From Rhina ancylostomus (taxonomy: Eukaryota), in contig JARFYF010000067.1 of assembly GCA_030265395.1 (NCBI GenBank), forward strand, positions 15,668,745-15,732,744: DNA of 64,000 nt, given 5' to 3'. Within the stretch, counting starts at the first letter, position 1. Each line of letters begins with the position of its first letter. The position numbers and the translations under genes were made by a program. The notes under the pieces are model-generated. The model made no database searches. It was given only the letters and a program-made list of their open reading frames with translations, and had not been told where the DNA came from. Positions 37,604 through 52,200 of the stretch are shown piece by piece.

Positions 37604-37741
37604 CTTCAACAGTTTATTGTTCTGATCATCCAGAACCAGGATATCATCATCCATTTTCTTCAGCTTAGCTTCAGCAGTTACTTTCTCAAGTTGTAGTTTT
37701 TGTCTAGCTGCTTCTTCCTCTTCCAGTTGCTCCTCCAGCTC
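37604..37741 (-). CDS. MYH9: Exon 23 equivalent, 138 nt
   Basis: cag|[46 protein letters not shown]|gttaa. Confidence 0.96.
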
Positions 37742-38922
37742 CTGGAAATGCACAAGAATCAACATGAATTACTACTTCATTCTTTTAACACACAAATTCA
37801 CTGCCCCCAAGCCAAACCTGGGGATTTTCAAATATTTTCTCCACACATAAAGACAATAAAATTGATAGATAGGTATTGAATGCTTTGACAACACACTTGG
37901 AAATATATCCTTCCTAAAGTATCGACTCAAAGGTCTTCGGGGAGCTTTCACATCCAAGTAAACTCAAAGAAAAATTCAATTAGCAGTTCTTAAACTTTTA
38001 AGCAGAGTACCAAGTGACAAATTCAGAATGGTCAGCACAGAGCTAGCCATAATAGATTGTAAATGCCACACTATTGCCTAGTTTTAAGAAACCTTCAACA
38101 AAAATTGAGGGTCAAAGTTACTGGCACGCTAGAAAAGCTAATCACCAACTTATGGATCAAGTAAATTTTCCTCAAAAGCATGACCAAGTACAATACAGAA
38201 ATCTTTCCTTTCAACCTTGTCACCAACATGCTTGCGGCATGAAGTTCAACTATTTTCTCTACACCTGATGTTATTCAATACCTCTTCAGCAATCACATCC
38301 AAACTGATTTCCTGGAATAGCTTTTGTCTACAGGGATTGAAGGTGGATTTTTTAGTATCTTTTTTTCTCTCTAATTTACCAGAGTCTTTTGTCTTTCCCA
38401 AGAGGTGCCACGGCTTCTGAGTTTTGGAGAATGGATGGGGGCAAATATCACATTTATAAAGGGACAGACGGGAACAAATATCAGGTCTTGCCCTGTCAGT
38501 TTTTTTTTTGAGTTGTACAACATTTGATGCTTGTGACTGAATTAGGGTTACGGTTGTGACTAGTTTATGTAACTAGCCAATGGTTTGGTAATAAACCCAT
38601 TATGATAACTAATGCATGAAGTGCTTGCTTTAACCAAACCATGCGATTCAGCTTCCATTGAAAAACGAAAGTTATCCCTGATTCTAGTAGACATGTGCAA
38701 AATAACATGTCCTGTACCAAGATGAAACTGATTATACACAGCTTTCATTTAATACCACACATTTTCTTTAACACAACTGCAATATTCAGAGATCAAAAAA
38801 CCTTAACATCTCATCCCAAATTCTTTCTAGGTTTGTGAGGAGCTTGCAATTTAATATACTATTGTCACGGCCCTTGCCCACTCAGCTTATCCAGCTACTG
38901 TTGACGTATATGTGCACTTTAC

Positions 38923-39129
38923 CTGAATATTTTGATGCATTTTTTTCTTTTCTGTAAGTAGCTGTTGGCAGCGCTCTTCCTCCTCCTCTACCCGTGCCTC
39001 TAGATCATGTAGGATCTCCTCCAGCTCCTGCTTCTTAGACGCAAGTCGTGCCCGCATCTCCTCTGCCTCTGCACAGAGTTCAGTCTCAGCCTGCAGCTGC
39101 TCCTGCAGAGCAGACTTCTCAAGCTGCAG
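38923..39129 (-). CDS. MYH9: Exon 22 equivalent, 207 nt
   Basis: cag|[29 protein letters not shown]...KKKMHQNIQ|gtaaa. Confidence 0.96.
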
Positions 39130-39156
39130 CTGTGAGGCAATAAGCAAGTTTGTCAG

Positions 39157-39708
39157 CATTAACAGGCAAATTAAAATAAATTCCAACCATCACCTTAAAT
39201 AGAGAAAGCCTAGGAGACATTGGGAATTGCATGGTAGTTGGAAGGAGAATTTACCTTGACACATTATACATGTCTTGTCCTTGAGATGATTAATATGGAA
39301 TGGGTGCCCACTGGTCAACGTGGTCTTGATGGGCTAAATGGCCCATTTCCATGCTGTATGACTCTATGGCCATCTAGGTTGCTTCAGTTAGATTAGCTAC
39401 AAGGATTGTTCCCACCTGATACTGTCCGGCCATTTTTAGAATCAGCCCAAATGCCACTCATTTTGAATGAAGTAATTTATAAACTTGACAAACAGTATTG
39501 CTACCCCATGGTCAGCTAATTCTGGATCATTTATCAGTTTGCTTCTGAAGTCTGGCCCCTTTATCCTTCCACATCCTGTGCATGGCATCATTAACAGGCA
39601 AATTAAAATAAATTCCAAACATCATCTTAAATAGGGGAAGCCTAGGAGACATTGGGAATTGCATGGTAGTTGGAAGGAGAATTTGCCTTAACATATTATA
39701 CACATCTT
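39157..39708 (+). repeat. ~120-bp direct duplication (39157-39276 and 39589-39708)
   Basis: cattaacaggcaaattaaaataaattccaa...gcctaggagacattgggaattgcatggtagttggaaggagaattt occurs twice, offset 432 bp. Confidence 0.9.
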
Positions 39709-40400
39709 TAGCCAAGGAGCACCACAACTGCAGAGATTACCAGGGCTTCTTTTCTAGCAGGGGGTCTTATTTTCAAAATGCACTCTTTTTAAACCTTGTC
39801 TTCTTATGTTAAAACCTTGTTATCAATAACTCATTCCCGAAGTTAATCTCAATGGAATGAATTGACTCTGCACATATATTTAAATTGCAATTGGTTTGAT
39901 GGAAAGTGTAGAACAGGAAACATTTGAGAGTAGATAAACTGGTACAGACAGGACAACATTAAACCTGTGTACATCTCTGGGACTCAACAGAAGTTGAACA
40001 AAGGCAAAATATACAACAAACAATTCGGAAGAACGAAGATGTCACATACTTCCTAAGTGATGAAATGAATGAAATTTCATGTCTTATTTATAAATCAGCC
40101 TTTTGTAATTATGAGTAATTCCAATTATTGATGCCACTTTAAAAAATATCAAAGCTAATAGATACATTTAACTTCAGTATGAATTTTAACTACATCATAA
40201 TCAACCACCTATTAGAAATAAAATTTCTTTTAAAGCAGAGAAATTTTGCTAGTGAAAAGATACCCTTGAGAACCAGAACCCTCTAAGTGGTAAAAACAAA
40301 GGAACACTGTAATACATCCAACCTAACATTCACAAGGAATGCAATTACATGATCCACTAAAATTTCATCATGGAATCATTATAAGGTGATGTATTCTCAC

Positions 40401-40532
40401 CTGGGAATGTTGCTCCTCTAGTTCAGTCAGCTTCTGCTCTGCTTGCATTTGCTTCTCCCTGGTTCTATGCAACTCATCCTCTTTGGCGAACATTTCCTCT
40501 TCCTGTCGACTCACCTGTAGCAATGGCTTCAC
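40401..40532 (-). CDS. MYH9: Exon 21 equivalent (head-rod junction), 132 nt
   Basis: cag|[44 protein letters not shown]|gtgag. Confidence 0.96.
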
Positions 40533-42283
40533 CTGTGTGCATTCATAGTGCAATTTAGATTAAATAATTCACTAATTCACTATGTAACTCTCAGCAATAT
40601 GCAAAAAAATGCTTGTATCTATGTGTATGAAAGCATGAAAATTTCATGAGTGGTGGGGGGGGAAGAGAGGAAAAGGAGTTTTAGTATTCTGCCTTTCTAA
40701 TGGCAGCACAAAGCCTGACAGTAAAGAGATTTCACAAAGGTCCCACCTCTACATTTCAGCATNNNNNNNNNNNNNNNNNNNNNNNNNNNNNNNNNNNNNN
40801 NNNNNNNNNNNNNNNNNNNNNNNNNNNNNNNNNNNNNNNNNNNNNCACTACCCCAGGCAGCGCATTCCATACCCCAACCACTCCCTGGGTAAAAAAACCT
40901 CCCTCTGATATCTCCCTTGAACTTCCCACCCATTACTTTAAAGCCATGCCGTCTTGTTATTATGTAGTGCATTTAGCTGTACTGACCAGGAATGAATTTC
41001 TAGGTAATAGACTTAAATTTACAGTAGGGTGGATAACCATCAGGGCTTTCTGAAAGAGCACACACTTTTGTCCCATTCCCCCCAGTTTTTGTCCATAATC
41101 AGGCATGTTCCTCACTCTCAAGCACCTGTGCAAAAATGATTTCCACTGCCTTTACCGATACAATAATCCAGATCCCAACAACTCCGACCGTATTTTTCAT
41201 TAACCTGCTAGACTATTTACCAAATATTTTAAAAGATCTCTGGCAATTTACCACACATTAGAGAATAGTTTATCTACCTGCTCTATGAAATATCTCATTT
41301 TCAAAACCTTGTCTAAATCATCTCTTTATATTTTTGGTTCCAGAGACAGTAGTTCTAAATTTTCCAACAACTTCTCATAAGTCTATCATCCCCAACATAC
41401 CAGTAAACCCCTTCCATCTTTCCTGAAACTTGGTCCCTAGAATTAGCCATAATACTCCAGCTACTAAGAGATAATCAATGGTTGACGTTCAGCACACATT
41501 ACATTTACATACCTAGTTAATATGCATGTTTCATTAATAAATTTGGCATGCCTGCTTTAGGATTGTACACATGAACACCAATATCTCACTGCTCAACCAC
41601 ACATGCCAAAAAATCACCCCATTTTTATATGGTCTTCCCATAATCAGATTTTGTAAGATACATTACTTCACATTGTCCTGCAATGAACTAAATCTGCTCA
41701 TTGTGTGTTACTGGGAGTGTTCATAAACACTTGTGGTTCTCCAGAGCTTTCTCCTGTAGGTGGCCTCCTGCTTGAGGCTTTGCAGGAAACAAGACCACAC
41801 AGCCAGCCTCTCCCTAATTAGGGCAGGATTTAATTACATGGAATAAGAGGGGGGCCGAGTGACAGGTGCAACACTTGGAAATGCTTCCAAACTTGCCAGC
41901 TTCAGACAAAGCAACACCACAGCTGAAAACTAAGAGAGCAGTGACATTTGGCACAAGTTGTGCTTGTGGGACTTGAGAGGCTTCCGATTTAGAGACCTTT
42001 AGCATAAAGGTTGCTGTGGAGACAAGGGAGAACCTCACCTTCCAGCCACCAAAATTTCCAGAGGTTTGATTTAGAAACAAGACAAAACTCCTATTTAATA
42101 CTTTTACACAGTGGAGTGCCTTAGTATTATCTGTGTTAATTTTATTATCCATGGGAAATTCATGCCACTATCCCTTGTGGACTATGAAGACTGAGTGAAT
42201 TTCATCTGGAAATAGAGTACCCACCGGTAGAAATTTACAATTACCATGTAGTTTGAAATCAAGATAAAGGAAAACAAATTTCA

Positions 42284-42460
<177 letters not shown>

Positions 42461-43187
42461 TTAGCACCAACTTATTTTTTTAAAATTAGCTGCNNNNNNN
42501 NNNNNNNNNNNNNNNNNNNNNNNNNNNNNNNNNNNNNNNNNNNNNNNNNNNNNNNNNNNNNNNNNNNNNNNNNNNNNNNNNNNNNNNNNNNNNTAAAATT
42601 AGCTGCAAGTATCACACAAACACTCAAATACAGAATGAAATTTAAGATTGTAAACAAAATCTCAGATATAATTTGGGACATCGAATGTCATTTGATCAAG
42701 GTTCACATTCCTAGGACAATCCTATGAATTCGAATATACAATAGACATCAGATGACCAAAGCTCTGGAATTGCATTTTGGTAGCATTCATGTTAACAGCA
42801 AGCTCTCCTTTCTTCAGAACAAAGCTTCAATTACCAGTTCAAGTGTTTAATTTCAACAACCCATTTATTAACAGTCCATGTAAACGGAAAAAAAAGAACA
42901 AGTGAAATTATGTATGGAAGGAAAATTATAAATCTAGATCGATAGTCACTTGGCAAATGATTGCCTGGCTCCCTTTTGATTTGTAAAGTGGAATTCAGAC
43001 TAGGAGAACAGAACCTTATTTTTTAAACATGGCAGTACTTCCGGTTTTGAAGTACTTGTGGGGCTTGATTGCTGATGTCACAGGCCACTCAAATGGATTG
43101 AGACGGTATTAAGGGCTGTACAACGTGAACGTACAACAAATTTCTACTTGTTCACTTGCAATTCAAAATAACATTAACAAATAAGGA

Positions 43188-43832
43188 GATTTGGAGTGTC
43201 ACTAAAGACTCTTGCAAATTTCTACAGATGTATGGTGGAGAGCATTCTGACTGGTTGCACCACTGCCTGGTATGGAGGCTTCAACATGCAGNNNNNNNNN
43301 NNNNNNNNNNNNNNNNNNNNNNNNNNNNNNNNNNNNNNNNNNNNNNNNNNNNNNNNNNNNNNNNNNNNNNNNNNNNNNNNNNNNNNNNNNNTGGAGAGCA
43401 TTCTGACTGGTTGCACCACTGCCTGGTATGGAGGCTTCAACATGCAGGATCGAAAGAGGCTGCAGAGGGTTATAGACTCAGCCAGCTCCATCATGGGCAG
43501 AATGCTCCCCACCATTGAGGACATCAAGAGGCGATGCTCAAGGTGGCGGCATCCGTCATTAAGGACCCTCACCACCTGGGACATACCTCCTTCTAGTTAC
43601 TACCATTGGGGAGGAGGTATAGGATCTGAAGACCCATACTCAATGATTTAGGAACAGCATCTTCCACTCCACCATCAGATATCTGAACAATCCGTGACCC
43701 CATGAACATTACCTCTTTTGCACTATTCATTTAGTTCTGTAACTTATAGTAATTTGGGTTTTAGTATCTTGTACTGCTGCTGCAAAACAACAAATTTCAC
43801 GGCATACGTCAGTGATAATAAACCTGATTCTG
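43188..43832 (+). mobile_element. Rex1/Babar-like LINE 3' fragment (with gap)
   Basis: ORF LANFYRCMVESILTGCTTAWYG...DRKRLQRVIDSASSIMG; tail gataataaacctgattctga. Confidence 0.8.
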
Positions 43833-44160
43833 AAACATTCTGACAAATCAACTAGAACAGTAGAAAAAGCATTGCATCTCCACAGATAAACATGGGATGA
43901 ATAGAGCTGATGATCACTTGGGTAATCCATACCAGCACAAACCTCCAGTGAGTAGACTGAATTACTGAGGATACAAGAGAAATTCACTCTCAGATTAGAG
44001 ACAATAATAGAGACAAATAGTCAAATTTATTTTGGCCAAGGGGCAAGATTTCAATATTTCTTTAAAATGAACATGCCTTTTAATGAGGCTGTGGAGGAAC
44101 AGAAGAGCTTTCTTGCCTCCCATCACTAAACATTGGAAGAATTTTAAAATTAGGTTCTTA

Positions 44161-44409
<249 letters not shown>

Positions 44410-45402
44410 TCACAAATTGAGCTACTAGCTAACACTCGAGACAGCCAGATCATTGCTCTACTTTTGATGGTTTACTGGTTCTAGCAGATGCCTAATGCAC
44501 GTGTAAGTGCCACACAAGGAAAAGGCAAGTGTGTGTTGTGAAATAAGCATTCTGAAGGATCCCACGCAAAAAGAAGAGGACTGGAGAACATACTTGAAAA
44601 GAAATAAGCAGTTGCTTTTTTTTAAAAAAAAAGTATCGCATTATTTATCAAAACAGATCAATTTAATTAGTTCCATGGTATTCTTCTACTTCCAATAACT
44701 CACAAATTACCTTGATGAAACATTTAAATCAAATACTATTTCAAACCAACTATTTCATGATCAAATAGCTTGTCAAGATCTTCAATTAATGCATACACTC
44801 CAGATGGTTAACTAGATACTGATGGGTCACTTTCGCAAGGGGAATCCAGCTGCTAATTATACTCCAACTATTTGAAACAATATCGAGACCACAGTGGATT
44901 AACCATAAAAATGTAATAGTCACAGGACCATTAGAGAACCATTCTCGACTACAGGACAGGTTTGTCATCATTTAGTTGATTGATTCTGTTATCTTTGCAT
45001 TTCTGGTAAAACTGCTACCACCTCCCACCAAAGGAGGGAAGTGAATAGAAACTGCCCTTCTCAAGCTTTCATCAGACAGGTTACAGTATTCAANNNNNNN
45101 NNNNNNNNNNNNNNNNNNNNNNNNNNNNNNNNNNNNNNNNNNNNNNNNNNNNNNNNNNNNNNNNNNNNNNNNNNNNNNNNNNNNNNNNNNNNNAGACAGG
45201 TTACAGTATTCAAAAGCAGCTCTGGAGATAGGCTAAAGGATCAACCACAACTTTCAGTTATATCAACAAAATAGTTCATGTATATCTATTTCATACTGAG
45301 CAAACTTCAGGTATGAACAACAAAATTTATTAAACAACCAAACATTTAAAATTCAAGTTAGAAATGGCTCCCAGATCTGGCAACAACTTTAAAACTACAT
45401 AC

Positions 45403-45472
45403 CATGAGTACACAAGCCTGCTTTCCATCCATGAAACCTTTGGGAATGGAATTAGGAGTAAGGATTTCATAT
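45403..45472 (-). CDS. MYH9: Exon 18 equivalent, 70 nt
   Basis: cag|[23 protein letters not shown]|gtatg. Confidence 0.96.
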
Positions 45473-45966
45473 CTGCAATAGAATTAGAAATTAAAACAAA
45501 ATTGACTAATTAATAGATAGCAGTCCATATGAAACCAAAAGGAAATTTTACAGTGTATTGGCTATCTGCATAGTCAATAATGGCAACCAGTATTGGCTAA
45601 ATGACTAGAATAATGTCTTAGATATTGAAGGACGTCACTAGATTAATCCATGTAATTAAAATAGATTTACTTCTCTGGAATTATTCAATTTCATAACCTT
45701 GTTGGCAAATCTTAACTTTTGCTCTAATTATGTAGCTTCACATCTGACACCAAATGTAGATCAGCTCAAGAATCATATTTCAGATAATGAAGCTTAATTA
45801 AAAATTTTTGCATAGAACAGAATTATTCTGTGGACAACAGTTACAAGGCAGCAATTACTGTCCATCGCTAGTTACCACAAGTGGACGAATTGGTGTCACA
45901 CATAGCTCAGATGAAGCATGGTAATGAAGGATGTCAGTCAAACCAGTTGCATCTTAACTAATAAAC

Positions 45967-46203
45967 TGTGGTGACTTACCGTTCACGAACCGGCTCCCAT
46001 GACCGCGAGCGTCAGAGGCCCCGACGCAAGATGGCGTGGGGCACTCCTTCTTTGTTGGGCTAGCGGGAAGGTCACGTGACCTGCGCGTGACATCAGTGTG
46101 GGAACTGTGTTTATTAAAGGGGCAGCACACCCCAGTCATTCATTCGACTCTTGGACTACAAACAAGTGTCTTGTGTCTTTATTCCACGTAGCTAGCCGCT
46201 ACA
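45967..46203. mobile_element. Solo LTR (Gypsy-like), 237 bp, 4-bp TSD AAAC
   Basis: TGTGGTGAC...GCCGCTACA termini flanked by AAAC at 45963-45966 and 46204-46207; CpG-rich. Confidence 0.8.
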
Positions 46204-46374
46204 AAACCATAATTTTCAAAGCCATTTTTATGTTAGTTTACAAATTTAAGTCAATCTCTCCCTCACTGAAAATGTTTACTTTACATGTACCTTTGGGAAT
46301 TGAACATACATGCATGCACATGCCTATACAATGGATTAACAGAAATTCAGCACTGAGAAAGGTCAACAATGTTA

Positions 46375-46497
<123 letters not shown>

Positions 46498-46920
46498 CTA
46501 TCAAATTACGGAATGACATTTATTTACTGTACTCCTGACAAAAATCTTACAAGTTTGTAATATCATGATTATTGGTTTCCTAATGCCTAGAACATGCTCG
46601 TGCACACTAGTAATATCCAAAACTAATATTCATCAGGTTTTTTGTTTGCCAATTCTTGACATGCAAGACATTCACCAATTTCATAAAAGAATCCTTTTAA
46701 AGCTGCACAAGCTTCTCAAGTAAATGTTGGGAGATAAAGACTTTAATCAGGTGACTAGCATAGTTTCTTCAATTTTGTTTTGTTGATTATTCCAAACTGT
46801 AAATTTGGGGGTAGTGCTGCAGGCATTCAGTTCATGTCACTTATCCTTAAAAAAAACTATAATCATTCCCTCATTGCAACCAACTACTTGAAATTTTATT
46901 TCTACTTCTTCACTTACCAG

Positions 46921-47160
46921 TTGCACAATGGCACACACCAGGTAATTCTAGGGCCTCAGTGTGGCCTGTGTGCAGTTTGCACATTCATCCTGTGGCTTTT
47001 TGGATTTCCCCCAGGCATTTTGGTTTGCTTGCAAATCCCAAAAGGTGCATGCAAGAGCAATAGGTTACAGGGAAGTAAGTGGGGAAATGGGCTTGAAGGA
47101 ACTTGTTCTGAAAGGGAGTATGGATTCAATGGACCAAATGACATTCTCCTATGTATTATG
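46921..47160 (+). mobile_element. Degenerate V-SINE
   Basis: gtgtgcagtttgcacattcatcctgtggctttttggatttccccc V-domain-like core. Confidence 0.45.
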
Positions 47161-47534
47161 AAAAATATGAAAAAAATTCATTCTGATTATTAATTTGTGG
47201 TGCATCCCAGCATTAGGCTGTGTTAAGACTCAAAAATGAGACCAATGTCCCAGAGTCAGGATTTTGAGACGCCATCAGAATCAATTCTTTCCATTTTACT
47301 TACTAAATAAACTTCTAAGATTTTGTCTTTTCAAGGAGGGATTTTTATAAACTTGCCTCATCTCAATCAATCACATTTCTCTGCACTGTTCCCTGCATCT
47401 TAGTCAAATTTAAGTGTGTTCCTGAGTGTGGACTCTAACATCTATTAAAAATTGATACATTAGTTGGCAGTTTACTTTCAGAACCACTGAACACATCCAA
47501 TAGCCACTGATCTGGTACTAACTATAGCACTCAC

Positions 47535-47728
47535 CTTCTTCTCATGGTTAGGAATAATGCAGCGAACAAAATTAGGGTTGGTATTCCTTAGTGTGGCCAT
47601 TAGTTTGGAAAGCTGCTCCTTGTAAAGTTGGCTGACTGTACGGAACATGCCCCTTTTGGTCTTGAATGCACCAGGTAATGCTGTATGGGGCATCTCTACA
47701 ACCTGATCCAATCCAACAATGCGGTCCA
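47535..47728 (-). CDS. MYH9: Exon 16 equivalent (loop 2), 194 nt
   Basis: cag|(V)[64 protein letters not shown]|gtgagt. Confidence 0.97.
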
Positions 47729-47949
47729 CTGAGAAAAGAATTGATGCAAGATGGTTAACTATGATACACGTATGAAAAACTGAAGAGGCGTAATAATTTG
47801 GAAGGAGTTGAGACTACGTGACAAGTTTCAGCAAGCAAAACAAAAGCAGCTAGAATTTTGATTAACCTACACAGGTGATATTTCAAAGCTTAGGTACTTC
47901 TTTCGAAAAGATTTGAGTGAAGACAGAAACAAACTCAAAAAGGTACATC

Positions 47950-48210
47950 AAGGTGCCTTACAGCCAATCAAGTACTTTTTACATTGTAGTCACTGTGGTA
48001 ATGTAGGAAATGTAGCAGCAAATTTGCACACAAGCTCCAACAAACAGTGCTGTGATAATGATCAGATTGTGGTTGTTTTAACATAACAAAGTGAGGTTGA
48101 TTGTGGAATGAAATTAGTCACAAAACGTGGGACAAGTCCCTATCCTTTAAAATACTGCCAAGGAAACATACATCTAAGGCAGGAGACAGGACCTTTTTTT
48201 AACAATCTTA
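47950..48210 (-). mobile_element. Ancient DeuSINE/SacSINE-like fragment
   Basis: cagccaatcaagtactttt...tagtcactgtggtaatgtaggaaatgtagcagcaaatttgcacacaagctcc; related copy at ~14625-14830. Confidence 0.45.
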
Positions 48211-48789
48211 AGGATGTATGTCTATAATTTAAATAGATATTATTAAACCTTACCCAAAGCAACAACCTTTAAATTCCTTCTCCTCTAAACACTCTCTCCC
48301 AACTCCATCAAGAGCCAAATCTTAATTAAAAGCAGTAATAGGAACTCCTACAAACTGTGGGATATTTTGGTGAGAAATATTTATCCAAGAACAGATAAAG
48401 GAAGCCTTGTGAAATTTATTAGCTGGTGATAAGAGCAGCTGCTGGAGCAGCAAGTAAAACAAGTGCAATACAAATATAAGAATACAGTGCAATATTACCA
48501 AAGCTGAAGATTAAGATGTATCAATTTATTTCAGTTAATTAAAAAGAAAAGATAACTTTTTAAATAACTAATAAATTTTGGAATGGAATGTTTTAAGCTC
48601 AATTTGCATCATTGATGCCAATAGGAATTATAAATTTTAAAAGGTTAACTTATCCTAGAATAGGGACAAAAATCAATATCGAGTCAAGAATTGATTGGAA
48701 CAAGATGCCCACTACTGGATAGATGCAATGAAGTGCCTTCAATTAAAGCCAAATGAATGTTCAAAAATAAGAAAACATTCAACATTAAA

Positions 48790-49290
48790 ACATGCTGCGG
48801 AGAAGAATGTAGGTGTCTCTCTACCCTCTACTGCAGACATATATATGGACCGTTGTGTCAGAAAAGCAACACACATGTCTGACCCTTCTCACCCCTCCCA
48901 CCACCTTTTTGCACCCTTGCCATCCGGAAGGCAGCTCCGGTGCATCCGTGCACGAACAAACGTATTGTGCAATAGCTTTATCCTCACAAACCATCAACTA
49001 TGAATTCCCTCAAAATGCTGCCCCCCATCCCTCCAACACTTAAGGATGCTAGGCATACAAAAATGCACCAGCACTTTACTTGTCTGAAGACTGTGGCATC
49101 AGTACATTCATTTTAAGCTGTTTTTTTATATTTTGAGTCTTTTTTAATGCGGGTCCAATGTCATTGATGTCTGTCTTTGCTTCTCTAATTGTCTTTATGG
49201 GGAACAGCACCTTGATCTGTGGAGTACGGTATTTCGCTCCCATGCATGCAGTAAGTGTATATGGAAGTGACAATAAATAGATTCTGATTC
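48790..49290 (+). mobile_element. Rex1/Babar-like LINE 3' fragment
   Basis: ORF AEKNVGVSLPSTADIYMDRCVRKA...DPSHPSHHLFAPLPSGRQLRCIRART; tail gtgacaataaa...gattctgattc. Confidence 0.7.
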
Positions 49291-52200
49291 ATAGTGGTTC
49301 ACAGGTTAGACTGGTAGTGCATGTTTTTCCTTTGGTTCTGTACAAAATGAGTTGAGAGTCTCAACTTTAATCCCACTAACCATGCTCCAAAGCACAAATC
49401 CGCTTATGACATTTTCCCGTTGTCACTCTTACTCAGATTACACAAATAGCTTTGAGGAAATGGAAACATTACATGTTTAATGGAATTATGTAATGCAGTT
49501 ACGTCTGGACAGAAACTATATTCTGCAGCCAGTTAAGCTGCATCAAACTCTGAATGTGTGATGCAGACAGCAATGCCCAAAACTGTCCATTCACGAACAT
49601 CAATGTCCATCCAAAACATACCTAGACAGTCCATATTTTGGTTAAACGTTGATTATGCAAAGTGTTCTCTATAAAAAAAGTAGAAATCCTATTCATGTAT
49701 TTTGTTACAATCACAGATTTGTGTGGCAGATCAAATACAGATCTTGTATTAGGCTTTCTGAGCTGATCTGAGTTTAGTGAGAGAGTTTAGTTTCAGAGTT
49801 TAGTTTCAGATGCATCATGCAAATTTACAGAGCACCAACAGAGAAGTGGTCAGAACTGGCAAGATGAAAGGAGAGTTAATTTCTTTAAATAGAAGACAGT
49901 ACCAGTTTCAAATGGTGAGTATTAAACAATCAAATGGCTAACCAAGTAAATGAAGAAGTCTCTGTGACATATCAATTCTACTGGTAATGCTGCCATAGCA
50001 TTCATAATAAAAATTGAAAAGTGTGATTAAAAATAGCTTTAACACCCATGTAGGATAAACAAATTACACTACAGCTTTAAACTTCAGCTGTAATTTCTAT
50101 GTAGTGTTGGATAAACTGTGCAAGTCTAGACTGAACATTAACAAATACACCTTAATTAACTTCATAATCATAGAGGTCTGTTTGATAAACATCATGACTA
50201 TTGTCCACCCAAGGAACCTCTTTCAATGCATCTGTTGGTGATGGTAAAAATGTTACTGCAGGAAATTACAAAGGTTTAAATGAGATATGCAACTGTTTCT
50301 TTTCTCCCAACAGCTCTTTTCTTTGTCTATTTCTTACAATCAGAGCCAACAGCACTAAACGCAAATCTCAACACCATCAAAATCTCCAATCCCCTCTGAA
50401 ACATGTAGAATTTAAAAAGTAAATACTTATTAATCTTGTTAGTTGCAGTTCCACTGGTTATCTACAATTCCCTATTTCTATTTATATTGTTTATTCAAAT
50501 TATATTGTTTTATCCTTTGCTGTATTACATTCATTGTATTAAAACATCCTAGCCATTCTTGCAATAACATGTTTACCCTCTTCAAAAGTTTGAATTTTAA
50601 AGCATAATATTTTCATAATTTCCTCCCTTCATGAAGAAAAGCCCTTTTTTTTTTACAAGTCTTCTTTTAGCAAAAACCTTTAATCCATTTGACTCCTCTT
50701 GCATGTACAAATTTGTGCAAAGGAAGAGGCCTTTGGCCTGTAATGCCTGCACTGGGTCATTGACACTGGGCTTCTGATTGAGCAGCTACACCCCACATTT
50801 CCAGAATGATGCAAGTGTTTCTTCCTTGAAGATTTATTCCACAGTCTTAAAATTTATGAAATTATCTTCGAGCCATCAAATAGAATGCATCAGAATCCAA
50901 CAAGTTGCAGTTAAAAAAATCCACCTCTCCCTTTAAAATTTATCATTGGCAGAAAGTTATGATTTATGGTTATTTAACTACATAACAGAGAAAGAAACTT
51001 TCATGTTAAAACTTCAGCACAATCTAATTTTCTCCAAACTCAAATCAAAACAAAAATACATCACCCTGGTAGCTTCCTGGTAAGCAACCCCTTTACTCAA
51101 TCTTTCCTCGTTTGGTACCCAGATTTATTCACAATATTCTAGCAATGCCCTAATCAATTATTTAAAGCTTTAACATAATCTCAATTTATGTTTTATTCTT
51201 CCAGCTAAAAATCCAAATAATTCATACGTATTTAAGTTACCTTTTCAACTTGGCTTGCAGGTTTAAGGATATGTATATGGACACCAAGGTCTTTCTGCTC
51301 AATAAATGATTTTGAAATATAATTTTCTATCATTGCAAGCCAGTGAAAATACAATGTCATTTCAGTTTACAAGAAATGGTTGTCCAAGGTGACAAAAAAA
51401 GGTCAAGGATAAAAAAAAATCCAAGCTATAAGGTAATAACCGACTCAGAGGAAATTATAGTATTACTACTTTTCAGCTGCACAAATCGTAATTAAACACC
51501 AAAACCTCTACAGATCATGTCCTGATCATTTCATTGGGCCATTAATGTTCTATGTAAGGGCAACATTCATCATAACCTTAAACTAGGTTGTTGGCTGCAG
51601 GAATTTGAAAATAAATAATGGTCCATTAGATCATGGATAGCCTCCCAACATAGTTTGGAAATTTAGAATTCTGCTCAACTTGAACTCCCTACCATTCACA
51701 GAATATTAGTTTAATCTTTTGTGGTTAGGGGTGGGGTTGGGAAGCTGATGCTTAAGTCTTTGTCAGGTGGTAGCAGGGGAGGGGATGGAAAAAATTCCTT
51801 ATTGGAATCATAAAAATTACAGCTGAAGTATTTTTTCATTAGATTAAACTGACTAGGTTTGGCAGCTACAAAGCAGACAAATGCTATGTGTGGAAAACTG
51901 GAAGTATATTTTGAAACTGACAAAACATAGTTTTTAAAAAAGTAATACCATACCAACCAAAATGTTAATATTTTACAAGGAATCTTCAACTGGTTCATGA
52001 TGTTAAGAAAACTTGCCTTGACGAGCAAGATAAAATTAGTTTTCAGGGAGCGACTTTCCATTTTCATTTACCCTCCATAAGATCCCACACACCCCTCAAA
52101 TCCATAAGAAATACTAGTTCAATACATTATCTCCAGCTTTGTCTTCTGGTCTCGTCATTTACTTACAGATAATTTAAAGCATTAAATTCTGATGGCATTG

